A DNA stretch of 64,000 nt, from positions 211,606,001-211,670,000 of the forward strand of contig OZ024740.1 of assembly GCA_964016885.1 (NCBI GenBank), read 5' to 3'. The translations under genes were made by a program, and so were the position numbers. Each line of letters starts with the position of its first letter. Positions within the stretch are counted from its first letter, which is position 1. This DNA is from Eledone cirrhosa (Eukaryota). Below, one piece after another: positions 42,838 through 57,804 of the stretch. A model generated the notes under the pieces. The model saw only the letters and a list, made by a program, of their open reading frames with translations. It did not search any database and was not told the DNA's origin.

Positions 42838-44204
42838 TAATTCCATCAAATAAATGGAACTCAATGTTACAACACTAATATTACACCGTTAAAATATAAA
42901 TAAATATTCTGGTAAACTTTATTGGGAATTTATTAAACGTGTGTCTTCACCAATGTTTTCGAGAACATATCAATTCTAATTAGAAGTACTTGAAATTATC
43001 AATGACTGGCAAAAATATCTATAAATACATTTTTATTATATTTTTAATTTATTTGTAACTTTTCAAACAATTTAATGACATTTTACTTTGTTCATTTGAA
43101 ACTGAGGAAATACTTTTGCGGTCTTGTCCGCGAGGGCCGCAACCCCAACACAATTGCGGCCTAGACCCAGAGCCCATCACCCTTCCTCTTCCCTCTCCCA
43201 TTCTTCTGTGACCCTTTCCCTTCCTTTTTTGTTTTAAAATATTAATATAGTTATGTATATGTTAAGTTTGGCTATAATTATTCATTTTAAACTGTGAGAT
43301 ATATACTATGTAAGGGAAATAACTCTGACATAAGAGTTATTAAATCCGATGGCGTATTTTGTAGGTGAAATTGTAGATTCTAAATATGTTATTATAACGA
43401 AAATTTTATTTACACCGCCGCGACCTAGGCCCAGAGCCCAATCCCCTCCTTTTCTTCTGTGGCCCTAGAGTCCTTGCCTTTCCCGTCCTTCACCTCTCAT
43501 TTATGGTTTTTATAGTCCCTTCCTCTACTTTCCCACACAGCCAGATCTGCCCTTCTTTACCCCTTCCCCATTTGTAATGTATTTATACAATTGTAAATAA
43601 AATTCTTGTTCCATTAATTATTCTATTAAAAACGTTTATCGTTTTATATACAATTAGGAAACAGTAGAAAAGAAGAATCAGGGCAAATTTTAGACATAAT
43701 TATTAGTCTTTGTTTAACTATTTAAGAGTTTAAATTGCATCATGTTTGTTAACAGCATGGAGGGAAATTGTGCTGAAAAGGACCCGTCCAACCCATGGAG
43801 GCATGAAAAAAAATGGAGTTAGATTGAGAGAACATATGTCGACGTGTTTTCAGTGCTAACAGGACAGTGATTGAGAAGTGGTGAGTAGGAGGATTGCTAA
43901 AAAATGGTAGTTCTTCTCAGCAAAGGGTCTGAAGACTATGTGTCTGTTTAGTAAGTAGGGAATCTTGCAGGCTGTACAGTAGTCAAAAGTTTGTCTTGCT
44001 TTGCTTTTCTGTTGGAAGTCATTGCTGATATTGTGGTGATGGATCAAATCTTACACATTACCATTGCTAGACTCTAAACTAAATAAGCTGTAACTTAGGG
44101 TTACACCCCCCCCCACTCCAGGGGATTCGTTTTTTAAAAATATATATTTATTATATCATTTGTTTTTATTCTTTAATACTAAATCATTAAAAATTATATA
44201 TATA

Positions 44205-44421
44205 GGAACGATCGACTTTCGTCTAATCGGACCGAGGGAACAATGTTTCCGTTGGTCTTTCCAATTGCTAATACTATCTATCGGTCGCAACTCCAGGTAG
44301 AAAGAGCAACGTGAAATAAAGTGTCTTGCTCAAGGACATAACGCATCGCGTGGTCCACGAATCGAACTCACAACCTTACGATTGCGAATCCAATTCTCTA
44401 ACCACTCAGCCACACGCCTTC
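44205..44421 (-). mobile_element. tRNA-derived SINE, second family
   Basis: A box TGGCTGAGTGG, B box GTTCGATTC, then gtccttgagcaagacactt. Confidence 0.8.
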
Positions 44422-44651
44422 ACTATTATATATATATACATATGTATGTATGTATGTTCTTCTGGTTTTATAACCCTGGTGGTATCCAATGATGTTGACT
44501 TGTTCTTCTTTTTGGTAAATATCTACTTGGTTAAGTAGTGGCCGTACTCGAAAACAAGTTGGCAGCCACCATATATGTATGTATGTATATATATGTATAT
44601 GTATATATATGTGTATATATATATGTATGTATATGTATATATATATGTATA

Positions 44652-44688
<37 letters not shown>

Positions 44689-44762
44689 TGTATGTATGTA
44701 TGTATGTATGTATGTATGTATGTATGTATGTATGTATGTATGTATGTATATATATGTATGTA

Positions 44763-45370
44763 TGTCAGGTCACCAGTTGGTGCTACTGGTAACATGTATG
44801 CCAGTACAACCTGTCTCATGGTTGGGTCGTTGGCGACTAAACTGGCAACCCCACCAAGGTTTCTTGGTGAGGAGGGTGACTTTGGACATCCTGCAGGACT
44901 AAAAACAAAACCTGTCAAAGGGCAAAGGAGCTCTTAAGAGTCAATGGCCATCCAAAATCACCGGGAGAGATGACCCCTTAGCCTTTGTCAAGGCAGAATT
45001 CTAGGAGAAGGAAAACTCTGATATAACACCTGCAACCCTGATGGTATCCAATGATGTTGACTTGTTCTTCTTTTTGGTAAATATCATCTTGGTTAAGAGA
45101 GTGGGACTGGCTTTGTGCAGTGCCTTTGCTCACTATAAAAGCTTCACGGCACAGGCATTGCTTTATATCTGGAGATCTCTCTGCACTTGTCGTCACATGG
45201 TACCATGGGCCCAGCACTGTGTCAATAATTGTCACAAGTGTAGTGTTTGTACCAGAGTTTTCAAGTCGCTGGCTGGACTAAAAAGTCACACTCGTTCAGC
45301 GCATCGGTAGGGGTTCTCCTACATGGATATAAAGTAGTGGCCGTACTCGAAAACGAGTTGGCAGCCACCA
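44763..45370 (+). mobile_element. Second copy of the ~610-bp RTE derivative
   Basis: Ends [25 protein letters not shown]; 3' fragments also at 44470-44570(+) and 50668-50795(-). Confidence 0.75.
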
Positions 45371-45519
45371 TGAATGTACGTATGTGTGTATGTGTGTATG
45401 TATGTATGTATTGTGTGTATGTAAGTGGGTATATATGTATGTATGTATTGTGTGTATGTATGTATGTATGTATGTATGTATGTATGTATGTATGTATGTA
45501 TGTATGTATGTGTGTGTGT

Positions 45520-47815
45520 AGAATGACTTGAGGAGCTTGGTCTATGATGTTTCAGCAGAGGTCTTTGGCTCTGTCATAAGATAACACAAGGGCTGGTTTG
45601 AGAATGACCAGGAGGTCAAGGCTCTGCTGGACAGAAAACAAAAGGCAGTCGCTGTAGTTCTTAAAGGTGGTAGCTCTGTTGGTGACAATTATGAGCGTTA
45701 CAGACAGGTAAAGAAGGAGGTGTAGGTGAAACTTAGAGCGATGCAAAATACCTGGTGAAGCAACAAAGCAGATGAAGTTCAAGCAGCATCTGATGGCAAC
45801 AATGTGAAACTGCTGCACACTCTACTCAGAGAGATGTATGGCCCTTTCAGCTCACCAGTGGCACCTTGAGATCGAAAGATGGCAAGCAGTTACTGCTCGA
45901 TCCAAAAGACATACTCGACAGATAGAGAGATCACTTTGATGAGCTCTTAAACCAGCCATCCCAGATTGATGATGATTTCTTTTACTCCATTCCTATTGAA
46001 CCAGTGAAGCATGAGATGGCTGATTTACCTTCTCTTACAGAGGTGACTTCTGCTGTGCATAAGCTGAACTGTGGTAAGTTTCTTGGTGTGGATTGTCTGA
46101 GTGCAGAGGTTTTGAAGTGCGGTGGTGAAAACTTAATGCAGCTCCTGACTGACCTCATGAAAAAGGTGTGGGAAGATGAGAGTGTCCCACAAGATTGGAA
46201 GGATGCGCTCATGGTGATTCTCCATAAAGGAAAGGGTGGGAAAGACAAATGTGGTAATTATCGTGGCATATCACTTCTTTCAGTAGTTGTTAAAGTCATG
46301 TGTTGAATTTTGATGGATAGATTGATCTCAAAGGTTGCTCTGAATGTGTTACCTGGGTTGCAGTGTGGGTTTAGAAACGAAAGAGGAACGGTGGATATGA
46401 TCTTTTCTGTTCGGCAGCTGCAAGAAAAGTGTATCAAAAAATGTATGGACTTTTACCAGGTCTTTGTTGACTTGACAAAGGTCTTAGACACCGTAAATCA
46501 TACTGTGTTGTGGAAAATTTTGAAAAAGCTTGGCTGCCCTCCAAAGTTTGTCAAAATTCTGCGTCTTTTTCATGATGACATGAAGGCTTGGATCAGTATT
46601 GGCAGTAGCATCTCTGAACCAATATCAGTTGAAAATGGAATGAAGCAGGGGGACATTCCAGCTCCAACTTTGTTTTCCTTATATTTTACAATAGTGTTTC
46701 TCATGGCAATCAGGAAAAATTGTTTGCATGGAGTTTACATCAAGTATCACACTTCATGCAGGTTGTTCAACATCAGGTGCTTTGGTGCAAGCATGAAGGT
46801 ATTAACATCTATAATTCGAGAGTTTTTGTATGCAGATGACTGCGATCTTTTTGCACATTCACATTATGAACTCTTTTTCTGAAGCTTGCAGCGCTTTTGG
46901 CCTTACAATAAGCTTGGAAAAGACTGCACCTGGGTAAGATTACACTACACCAAGTGTGTACAGAAAGAGGTTAAAAGTTGCTGACAAGTTTGTTTACCTT
47001 GGTAGTACGTTGAACAATTCATGCATACTTGACAATGAGATATCCTTAAGAATCAAGAAAGTCAGTCATGCTTTTGGATGGCTGAATGAATGTTTATAGT
47101 CCAGACGAGGTATCACCATTGAAACCAAGGTAAAAGTGTATCTGACTTGTGTCGTCTCCTCTTTGTTTTATGCTTGTGAAACATGGGCCACATACAGAAA
47201 GCGCCACAAGGAACTAGAGAGGTTTCACCAACAATCTCTTTGTAAGATACTTGGGGTGCAGTCGAAAATGCTTGTCAGGAGTAGGTGCATGAGTATATAA
47301 AGCATGATCTTCCAGCATCGGTTGAGGTGGTGCGGTCATGTGGCCCGGATATCTGATGATTGTATTCCAAAGCGACTTCCCTACGGCGAACTGTGCGAAG
47401 GAAGGCAACCACCACACAAACCAAAAATGTGGTACCGGGACTGAGTCAGGAGCACCTTGGCTTGCGTCGGAATTTCATCTGATGAATGGGAGAAAATGTC
47501 TGAGGAGCATGTGAAGTAGAGACGTTTGATCAAGCCAGGAAGTGAATACTTTGAAACTCGTTGAAGAGAACACCTAACACTGAAAAGGAGGGTGAGGAAA
47601 CAGGGACTGTTCTGAACTCCCTGATGTTGAGCAGCATCTGGTTTGCCAGCACTGTGGTTGAGTCTGCCTGAGCAAAACTGGTTTGATTAACATGAACAAA
47701 GTCATATCAGTAGACCTCATGTTGATTATGATCTGAAAAGGTGTAAGGAGTGTGGTAAGGAATGTGCAAGCATGGGAGGTCTTAAAAGACATATGAGAAC
47801 ATACAGTCAGAAGCA
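45520..47815 (+). mobile_element. Decayed RTE/BovB-like LINE
   Basis: VPQDWKDA, NYRGISLLS, QCGFR, DMIFSVRQLQEK, FVDLTK, KQGD, LYADD; many stops; C2H2 remnants at the 3' end. Confidence 0.9.
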
Positions 47816-49168
47816 AGCAGTGGAGTCTACAGTTCAAATCTTGTTGAGGATAGCTTTGTCCTTCATCCTTACGGGGTTGATAAAATAAAGTGCTGGGATC
47901 CTCTCCCACAAAATTGTTGACCTTGTGTCTAAACCAGAAACTATTATTCACAATTGAATAAATAACATTACAAATAGTTTATAATTCTTACAGAATGAAA
48001 ATATAAACACAGATAATAAATACAATTAATTATTTCTAGGAACTGCACACATTTAATTGTTTCTACTTTTGGCACAAGACCAGCAATTAGAGTGCATTAC
48101 TGGTGCTTTATTTTATCGACACCGTAAGGATGAAAGGCAAAGTTAATCTCGGCGGGATCTGAAATCAGAACGCAAAGGGCCATAACTCTATGCTGAAAAG
48201 CATGGTTTATGAGGCTCATCCGATACTGCTAGGAACCTTACAAATAGAACGCTTAAAATATATGGTCAAAGCGAGAGAAAAGGAAGAAACAATCAAATTA
48301 AAAACAACCATCAATACAAAACGGAAATTTTATGTGACCACCATGTCTAGTCACGTGACTGACACCAACCAATAAAATTGCATTTTAAACAAATAACAAT
48401 ATGAGTCACTTTGTATAAAACAGAAAGTTTCGAACTCTGCAATAGAAACACAAACCCTCCATCTCAATTTTACTTTTGATAATCATAAGAACTGTGAAAC
48501 TGGTAAAGTAAATAAATATTCATAAAAGACCCCAGTTGCATTTTCAAATTCTATTCCAAAGAATTTGAAAATACAGAGAGTCACTCCAGGTAGAGCCGCT
48601 ACTTCTCTGAATTGAGAGATCACAGCTACGATACTATCAGCATATGGTTAGAATGCCTCAGGAAGGAGAGAATTGCTGGACAGATTTTACAGGCAAAACC
48701 AGCCAGCAGAAGACTCAGAGGTAGACCCCGAGCAAGAAGAAGAAGAAGATATAATGATATACACATAATGAAAAAGAAAATAGTCCAATGTTGATAAGTG
48801 TATATAATAAAAAACAAAACAAAACAAGAAGAGAGGATAAGAAAAGAAAGGACAAGGATTATCAAGTAATGAAAGAAAGGAGGAAAGGAAAATGGTGACA
48901 GCAGGGTTTTACACGGTATAATTCTAACATATAAAGTATGTCCCGTTAGGGCATTCATTATCCCGGTAAGTGGCGACTGAGATTACAAGACCCCCCACCA
49001 CCAACACCACCACCACCACCACCACACACACAGACACTGGACAGGATACCAGCTCATCACAGGGTTAAACCCCCATCTATTGCTGGTACTCATTTTAAAG
49101 TGTCTTGCTCAAGAACACAACACGCAACCCAGACCAGGAATCGAATCCGCAACATTATTTTCGTAAGT

Positions 49169-49359
49169 TTTAGGGCGGTGAATTGGCAGTATTGGTAGAG
49201 GGTTTGACGCCATGCTTTGACGCATAGAGTTACGGCCCTTGCCATTATGAGTTCAAATCCCGCCGAGGTTAACTTTGCCTTTCATCCTTACGGGGTTGAT
49301 AAAATAAAGTACCAGTAATCTACTGGGTATGTGCTGGCCTTGTGCCAATAATAGAAACA
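49169..49359 (+). mobile_element. Full-length tRNA SINE nested in another SINE
   Basis: A-box-like TGGCAGTATTGG, B box GTTCAAATCC; 15-bp TSD attattttcgtaagt at 49154-49168 and 49360-49374. Confidence 0.9.
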
Positions 49360-49634
49360 ATTATTTTCGTAAGTCCAACACCCTTACCACTAGGCCACAT
49401 GCCTGGGTAGTAACGTTATCCATCACACACACACACACATACACACACACACACACACACATGCACACTCACACACACATACACACACACACTGACACAC
49501 ACAAATAATCGATATTAAAAGATTAGGTCTCTTATTAAAAACATTTAGCTGAACAATGAAAGTTTGTTGTTTTTTTTTATCAATCTTTTATTTAACCAAG
49601 TTTTTTTTATGTATATTCCGATAAAAACGAAATA

Positions 49635-50035
49635 CTCTCGAGTCCCCCAAAATAGGGAGTGGAATGAGAATGAAATGAGAGGATGGAATATGCGGAGGGA
49701 AGGGGGGAATAAGCGGGTTTGGAAAATCGGTAATTTTTTTAGGTTGTCTCCCTTGATGTAAATATAACAACAAAAACAGTTAGTCGTTTAGTTTACACGT
49801 TGAGACCCCAACTCATCCTATTTATTTTATAACATATGTGATTTCTAGTAATGTACTTTTGGGATCATGTATAATATTATTTAATGTCTAAAGAAAATTG
49901 TCTCAGGACTGCTACCACTTGAAATAAAATTTCGCGGCGACAGATTAGCAAAATTTAATAACCAGGGGGAGGGGGGGGGATATGACAAATTAACAAGTTG
50001 GTGGGTGGTGGGGTTGATTATTCGAGCGCTGAGAG
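49635..50035. mobile_element. TA-flanked TIR element related to 13087-13565
   Basis: TA|ctctcgag ... gattattcgagcgctgagag|TA; shared internal motifs inverted. Confidence 0.65.
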
Positions 50036-50199
50036 TAACTCAAATGACTGGCATTGCAAGGATTTCAAAGCCGGATATTATGACCGCAATTGGTTTCTTT
50101 AGTAAGGCAAAGATAACTCTATATTTGTTGTTATAGTAACAGCAACATAAACAGCAGTAAGTAAATAGATTTTTAGTTTTAGTCCCCAATGTAAAAAAA

Positions 50200-50259
<60 letters not shown>

Positions 50260-50847
50260 CTTATATACAAATGTATGTATAAATGTATCTATCTAAGTAT
50301 GTATATGTATATATTTTTTCTCTCTCTCTATATATATATATACGCAAGGGCCTTGCTTCAGGGATGTTCAAACGTCCATGTTTTATTTTTTGTTTATTTG
50401 AAATAATAGATTCTTTTTAAGCTTATTTTTTTAATATCTGAACTTCATTTGAATATATAAAATTTAATTAGCGTAAAATGTTATGTATGTATGTCTATAT
50501 GTATATATGCATGTATGTATGTGTGTATGTTTATTTAATTCCTTTATACTCGTCTCTTCAGATGATGATGATGATGAACTATCTTTAGCAAATAATTTAT
50601 TTAATGGAATTCTTTCATGGAAACATTTCATTGTCTACATACATACATACATACATACATACATACATGGTGGCTGCCAACTCGTTTTCGAGTACGGCCA
50701 CTACTTTATATCCATGTAGGAGAACCCTTACCGATGCGCTGAACGAGTGTGACTTTTTAGTCCAGCCAGCGACTTGAAAACTCTGGTACAAACACTACAT
50801 ACATACATACATACATACATACATACATACATACATACATACATACA

Positions 50848-50880
<33 letters not shown>

Positions 50881-50931
50881 GTATATATATATATACATAC
50901 ATATATGTATATATATATATATACATATATG

Positions 50932-51016
<85 letters not shown>

Positions 51017-51277
51017 TTAACATTTAATTGTTTATACTTTTGGCACAAATCCAGCAATTTTCCCAGTGCATTACTGGTACTTTATACTTAACATTTAATA
51101 TTCTATTTCACTCTAATACCATTATAAATTTTATAAATTTATACCATTATAAATTTATATATGTATGTGTATATATATATGTGTATATATATATATATAC
51201 ATGTATGTATATATATATATGTATATATACATATATATACATGTATGTATATATATATGTATATATACATATATATG

Positions 51278-51368
<91 letters not shown>

Positions 51369-51400
51369 ATATATACATATATAAACATGTATGTATATAT

Positions 51401-51568
51401 CATCATCATCATCATTCGTCGACTACTGTCGAGATGATGGATCTCACTCTCATGCCCCAGAATTCCCTGTCCCCCATCGCTGCCCCCAGGTCCTGTCTAT
51501 TGATTCCCGTATCCCTAGAGATAACGTCAGGGTTCCAGAGCAAGAGAGCGGATATGATTTCATTGCTG
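51401..51568 (-). mobile_element. RTE-group LINE 3' tip with (GAT)n tail
   Basis: [31 protein letters not shown] resembles the C-terminus of the 4657 LINE. Confidence 0.6.
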
Positions 51569-51605
<37 letters not shown>

Positions 51606-51731
51606 CATATATATACATGTATGTATGTATATATATACATGTATGTATGTATATATATACATGTATGTATGTATATATATATATATGTATATATACATAT
51701 ATATACATGTATGTATATATATATATGTATG

Positions 51732-51815
<84 letters not shown>

Positions 51816-51823
51816 TATACATG

Positions 51824-51959
<136 letters not shown>

Positions 51960-52454
51960 CGGCGTGTCACAGCTTGAGATCGGTGTGGAAGTCGGACCTT
52001 CGTAGAGACCTGAAAATCCGCCTCTTCATTGCTGTAGTGGAGTCTGTGCTGCTGTATGGGTCTGAGACTTGGACACTGACCAAGAGACTCACTCAGATGG
52101 TGGATGGGTGCTACACGAGAATGCTGAGGATGGCTCTGAACATTAATCAGTATACACTGAGGATGAAAAACTCAGAGCTGTATGGGAGCATCCCAAAAGT
52201 CAGCTCAAAAGTGACACAGAGGAGACTGAGGTTGGCTGGACATGCTCACCGACATCCAGAGTTGACATTGCACTCAGTTCTCCTTTGGGAGCCCCTACAT
52301 GGACACACTAGAAGAGGAAGACCAAGGTTAACATATGTTGATGCCCTAAGGACAGACACTGGTCTGTTGGAGATGCAGGATATGGCAGCGATAATGAGGG
52401 ACAGAGACCGCTGGAGAGAACTCGTCCATGGATCTCGGTAATTTTACCCGCCTT

Positions 52455-52458
<4 letters not shown>
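51960..52458 (+). mobile_element. 5'-truncated copy of the 4657-7950 RTE LINE in (TA)n
   Basis: Near-identical to ~7449-7947. Confidence 0.93.
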
Positions 52459-52514
<56 letters not shown>

Positions 52515-53218
52515 GGCATAGACAGAAGTGTATTAACTCACTAGCTAGTCTGCAGAAATATACATACACAAATACAAGTGGAAAAATATAAAATAAAATA
52601 AAAATATAGATAAGCAGTTGGACAAAATGATAGGAAGACGTCACACACATAATTGTTTCTACGTTTGGCACAAGGCCAGCAATTACTCAGTACATTACTG
52701 GTACTTTGTTTTATCGATCCCCGTAAGGATGAAAGGCAAAGTTAACCTCGGCGGGATTTGAACTCAGACTACAAAGGGACATAACTATGCTAGAAAACAT
52801 GGCGTCCAACCCGCTACCGATACTGCCAATTCACCAATGGTAGACTTGTACATAAATACAATCACATACCCAATACTACATATAGATACATGCATGTATG
52901 TGTCCAGTGGAAGTATAAACATATTGAAGCACGCAAGAATACAAATGAACACACGCAGATAACCACACACATAAATACATATATACACACACACGCATAC
53001 ACATTGGTCTTGCCAGTAAAAAAATATTAAGAAATATAATATAAAAAATAAGAAGTAAAACAGAACTTTATCAAAGGTTTTCCTGAACATTCTCTCTTAT
53101 TTTACCACTCTGGGCCTTTATCACATACTTTCAACAACAAAATATTTTTATAGCTCTGCTGTATACATAGAACACTCGTTTTTCCTTTGCATTCTCTTTG
53201 GAATCACCTAACACATAT

Positions 53219-53345
<127 letters not shown>

Positions 53346-53377
53346 GATGAAATAAAGATGGTTATAAGAGTTCCATA

Positions 53378-53447
53378 TATTTTATTATACGTATTTCGAA
53401 TACAAAATCATCCTGGGACAGATGTTGTGTTCTCTTCAGATAAAAAA
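53378..53447 (-). ncRNA. Type I hammerhead, diverged family A relative (~53345-53540)
   Basis: ttttat CTGAAGA gaacacaacatc..gatgattttgtattc GAAA TACGTA TA ataaaa. Confidence 0.85.
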
Positions 53448-53535
53448 TAAGGTACAATGATATGAGGCATAATAGCACTTGTTTATAGGAAAGTGCTAAG
53501 TCTACATATTTTATTGTTCTAGAATATTACTCACC

Positions 53536-53616
<81 letters not shown>

Positions 53617-53619
53617 CAG

Positions 53620-53954
53620 AAGGGATATTCAATTTGTTGGTAATGTTTATATAACTAATTCAGAGCACTCTACAGGTTTTCTGGAGTATAATATACAATG
53701 ATATTAAATAAATGGAAACTATATTTATCAAACCATATTTATTCTATTATATATATTTCAAGGGTCCCAAAATTTTGGTACGCTATCATCAGATAAAATA
53801 CGAAGTGTGTTTTATAAATTTTGACATAACCAAAGAGAATATACCTTAACGGTTCAAGTTATCTGATGATAGCGTACCAAAATTTTGGTACCCTTGAAAT
53901 ATATATAATAGAATAAATATGGTTTTATAAATATAGTTTCCATTTATTTAATAT

Positions 53955-53961
<7 letters not shown>
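53620..53961. mobile_element. Diverged family B palindrome with HHRs at 53740-53800(-) and 53859-53915(+)
   Basis: CTGATGA tagcgtaccaaaattttggtaccctt GAAA TATATA TA atagaata. Confidence 0.85.
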
Positions 53962-53994
<33 letters not shown>

Positions 53995-54088
53995 TACAAA
54001 TATTAATAAAATAGATGTTCCTTTGATCAATTAAATTTTATTATACATATTTCTTTGATGTACTCATTGAATCTTCTTTAACTCTTTA

Positions 54089-54466
<378 letters not shown>

Positions 54467-54599
54467 GTGTATGCGTGTGTGTGTATATATGTATTTATGT
54501 GTGTGGTTATCTGCGTGTCTTCATTTGTATTCTTGCATGCTTGAATATGTTTATATTTACACTGGACACATACATGCATGTATCTATATGTAGTATTGC

Positions 54600-56308
54600 C
54601 CTCTCTCCTCCCTTCTGTACGTATTGACTCTCGAGCCTTTACTGAGGAAGTTGGAGTTGTTGCAGGGTATCCCCCTGGAACCAGGATTGAGCAAAGCTGT
54701 GTCGGCCTACGCCGATGACGTAACAGTAATGGTATCGACCGACTCGGAGATCGAGGCGATCGGTACCTTACTGGAGGATTACGAAAGGTTGTCAGGAGCG
54801 AAACTGAACCGGGAAAAATCCATCGGGCTGCAACTCGGAACGTGGAGAGGCAGACCGATGCCTCCCGACGGTGTCGTCGGACACTGGACGGAGGGCCCGG
54901 TAAAGTTGCTTGGGGTCTGGTTTGGACCGGACCTCCAGGTGGAAAAGAACTGGGACGAGGTTACGAACAAGGTTTTTGCACTAACCCAGAAATGGGCCAA
55001 GTGTAAGCTGTCCCTAAAAGGTCGAGCGGAGGTGGCGAACATTTACATAGCGTCCGTCACTTACTACCGCCTGACTGTCGTGCCTTGCCCTAAGGAAACA
55101 CTCACCACCATGGAACGCATGCTCTTCCAATTTCTTTGGAAGAAACGCCCTCCTATGGTGAGAAGATCCATCTGCTGCCAACAACCTTCGAAAGGATGGC
55201 TGGGGATGCCGTGGTTGATGATGCGTAGGCACGCATTAAGGCTACGGCACCTACAGGTATTCCTCACTGGTCAACCGGTGTGGGCTCCGTTCGTGAAACG
55301 AGCCTTTCCGAGACTCGTCTCGCTCACCGAGCTGCAGTCCTTGGTCAAGCAAAGATCCGGAAAACTGGGAGACTGGCACACTGAGTGTGCCCAGGCGCTC
55401 AGGGCTCTCTGGCAAGCGAGCCCGGCCATCGGTGGAGAATCCACCTCATCATTTTATAGAGGGCTGGTGGCTAGCAGGGGCGATGACACCCTTGGAGAGT
55501 CGCTGGACATGGAAGAGGACGAACTGGCCAGCCTGTTCGGTAGGACTTTCGGCCCGGGACCAATGGACAACTTCCAGAAGTCACTAGCCTGGCAGTGCTA
55601 CCGGGGGGGCTCTACCCGTTCGAGAGAGGCTCTACAGACACGGGCGCCCGGGCAGGGATCCCTCGAAAAAGATTTGCCCTAGATGCGTGCGTCACGAAGA
55701 AACGGTTGCGCACGCATTGGTGCAATGTCCGGGCGTGGCTGATCTGTGGGGCTACGCCGAACGACTGCTGTCGCGTGTGGCGCCGATTCGATTGACCGCC
55801 GAGTCCGTGGTGACAATCAAGCCGCCTCCCCTCTTCACAAAGGAAGCAAAGGCGGTTTTTCTGTGCGTAATAGCCATGTTGAAAGAGGTTGTTTGGTGGA
55901 CACGATTGAAAGGTCTGAGGTCAGGCAACTTCCTCTCTGGCCATAGTCTGGTCTACTTCTTCCGATATCACTTCGGAAGAAGGATAAGAATGGAGAGAGA
56001 GGTGCTTGGCCACAGGCAGTTTTATGAAAGGTGGGTGATAGTGGCGAGAATGGCTCGTGTAAATGGGCTTTCTCTGTATACCATCCTGTAGGTAAAGAAG
56101 TGAAGGAGAGGGGAGCACCTTCTCCATGTGCTCCCCGGGCAAAGGATTGCACACTTTTTCGGGGGTGTGTGCAACCCCCATCACGTCCCCTCCCTTTTGA
56201 GGTTGTTTTCGATTATTTTCATTTTATACCCTTTTTACTCGGTGTTATGTAAACTCCCCCTTTGTATTTGTCCCTTCTTTTTATGCCTTTATGGTAAATA
56301 AATAAATA
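54600..56308 (+). mobile_element. 5'-truncated Tx1/L1-clade LINE with 15-bp TSD
   Basis: PLSSLLYVLTLEPLL, AYADDVTV, KLLGVWF, LSLKGR, zf-RVT; frameshift in G7 run ~55605; TSD tatatgtagtattgc at 54585-54599 / 56309-56323. Confidence 0.93.
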
Positions 56309-56363
56309 TATATGTAGTATTGCGTATGTGATTGTATTTATGTATAAGTCTATCATTATGTGT

Positions 56364-56585
56364 AAAACATTAAATATCACGAGGATATTAATGGAAAAGC
56401 AACGATCATCAGAGAAGCATTTTCCTGTCCTAGGGTTAAAAACCCCAGGAACGACAAAATATATGACCTCACTCCAACTAATACAGGTCTGAAAGGTCGT
56501 GAAAGTGACCCGTAAACACATTGGTGTATAGTGAAGGCGGGAAATCGTAGACTAGCCGTCCTATCCTCGTGATATTTAATGTTTT
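56364..56585. mobile_element. Short element bounded by 24-bp inverted repeats
   Basis: aaaacattaaatatcacgaggata / tatcctcgtgatatttaatgtttt. Confidence 0.65.
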
Positions 56586-56629
56586 GCACCATGAAACTGT
56601 ACAGTTAGGGCCATTTGAATAGGTAAATA

Positions 56630-56665
<36 letters not shown>

Positions 56666-57300
56666 CTAGCTGACCCGTCCTGCTGGCTCCCGGCTAGGTA
56701 TACCGACATTTTATCTTTTCAGGATCCCCCCCCTCCACTCCATTGCAAAGATAACGCATGCCCTGTCAAGTCAGGGGGTGGGGGTTAACGTGTTCTGATG
56801 TTGGGTTTGAATAGTTTTTAGGATTCCCCAGTTCAGCAGCCAGTACGTTAAAGAAAATTGATAGTTACAACAATAAAGGCTGAACAGAGAACAAGTTTTT
56901 TAACAAACTTTACAATAATTTTACAACCATATGGAAATTCCAAGTAACAGAAAATACATAAATTACATTGTTAGAGCCTCAGAGTATACATTCTTTGTTC
57001 GGCCCTCGGGAGCAAAGATGAAGAGATTGTTTGGCGAGCTCAACCTAGAGCATCCTACATACAATTGACCATGGGAGAAGCATGGTTTTCCCAGATGAAA
57101 GCCAGCCACTCTTAGGGTTTGACCTTGAGCTTTGTTGATGGTAATCGTGAAGCTTAGTCTGTCTGTTGCTCTAGTAACATTTTTTCTTTTTGAAAATCTG
57201 ATCTTGTGGCCAGGCTGGGACTTTTTGGGTGGCATATCGGCAGTAACAATGACGATAAACCGTCTATGCTTTCGTGAAATAAATACGTTTGTTTATATTT
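56666..57300 (-). mobile_element. Helitron 3' fragment (PIF1-family helicase C-terminus)
   Basis: SFTITINKAQGQTL..CFSHGQLYVGCSR..TKNVY; minus strand ends with a degenerate GC hairpin and CTAG|T. Confidence 0.88.
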
Positions 57301-57409
57301 TGCTTTTGTGTATGCAAAAATATCTGTACACGAATATATAATTATATATATACGACGGCGATGAATACGTTTTGCGAGGTTTTTGATATGAAATCGTGTG
57401 TCGAAACAA

Positions 57410-57745
57410 ATATTGTTATACTTGGGGAGGGTCGTATTGTTGTAATAATATTGCTAGAAATAATAACAGAACACACTCACTGTTTGGTTGGTTTTCGCTT
57501 CTGTATCTTTTATATCTCCACAGTTAATTCATTTGGTCCTCAATGTTTATCATTGACTGACCAACGGTAAAAAATACAGATATAATATAGATATTTGACC
57601 GTTGGTCAGTCAATGATAAACATTGAGGACCAAATGAATTAACTGTGGAGATATAAAAGATACAGAAGCGAAAACGAACCAAACAGTGAGTGTGTTCTTA
57701 TTATTTCTGGCATATTATTACAACAATATGACCCTCCCCAAGTAT

Positions 57746-57752
<7 letters not shown>
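57410..57752. repeat. ~160-bp-arm palindrome abutting (TA)n
   Basis: Arms ~57410-57568 / 57598-57752; no HHR core seen. Confidence 0.85.

Positions 57753-57801
<49 letters not shown>

Positions 57802-57804
<3 letters not shown>

Noticed and set aside
44340-44421. tRNA gene
   Set aside because: A/B boxes continue into a SINE body and there is no convincing cloverleaf
40719-45370. LTR pair
   Set aside because: No gag/pol between the copies, no PBS/PPT or TSD seen, and the ends look RTE-derived
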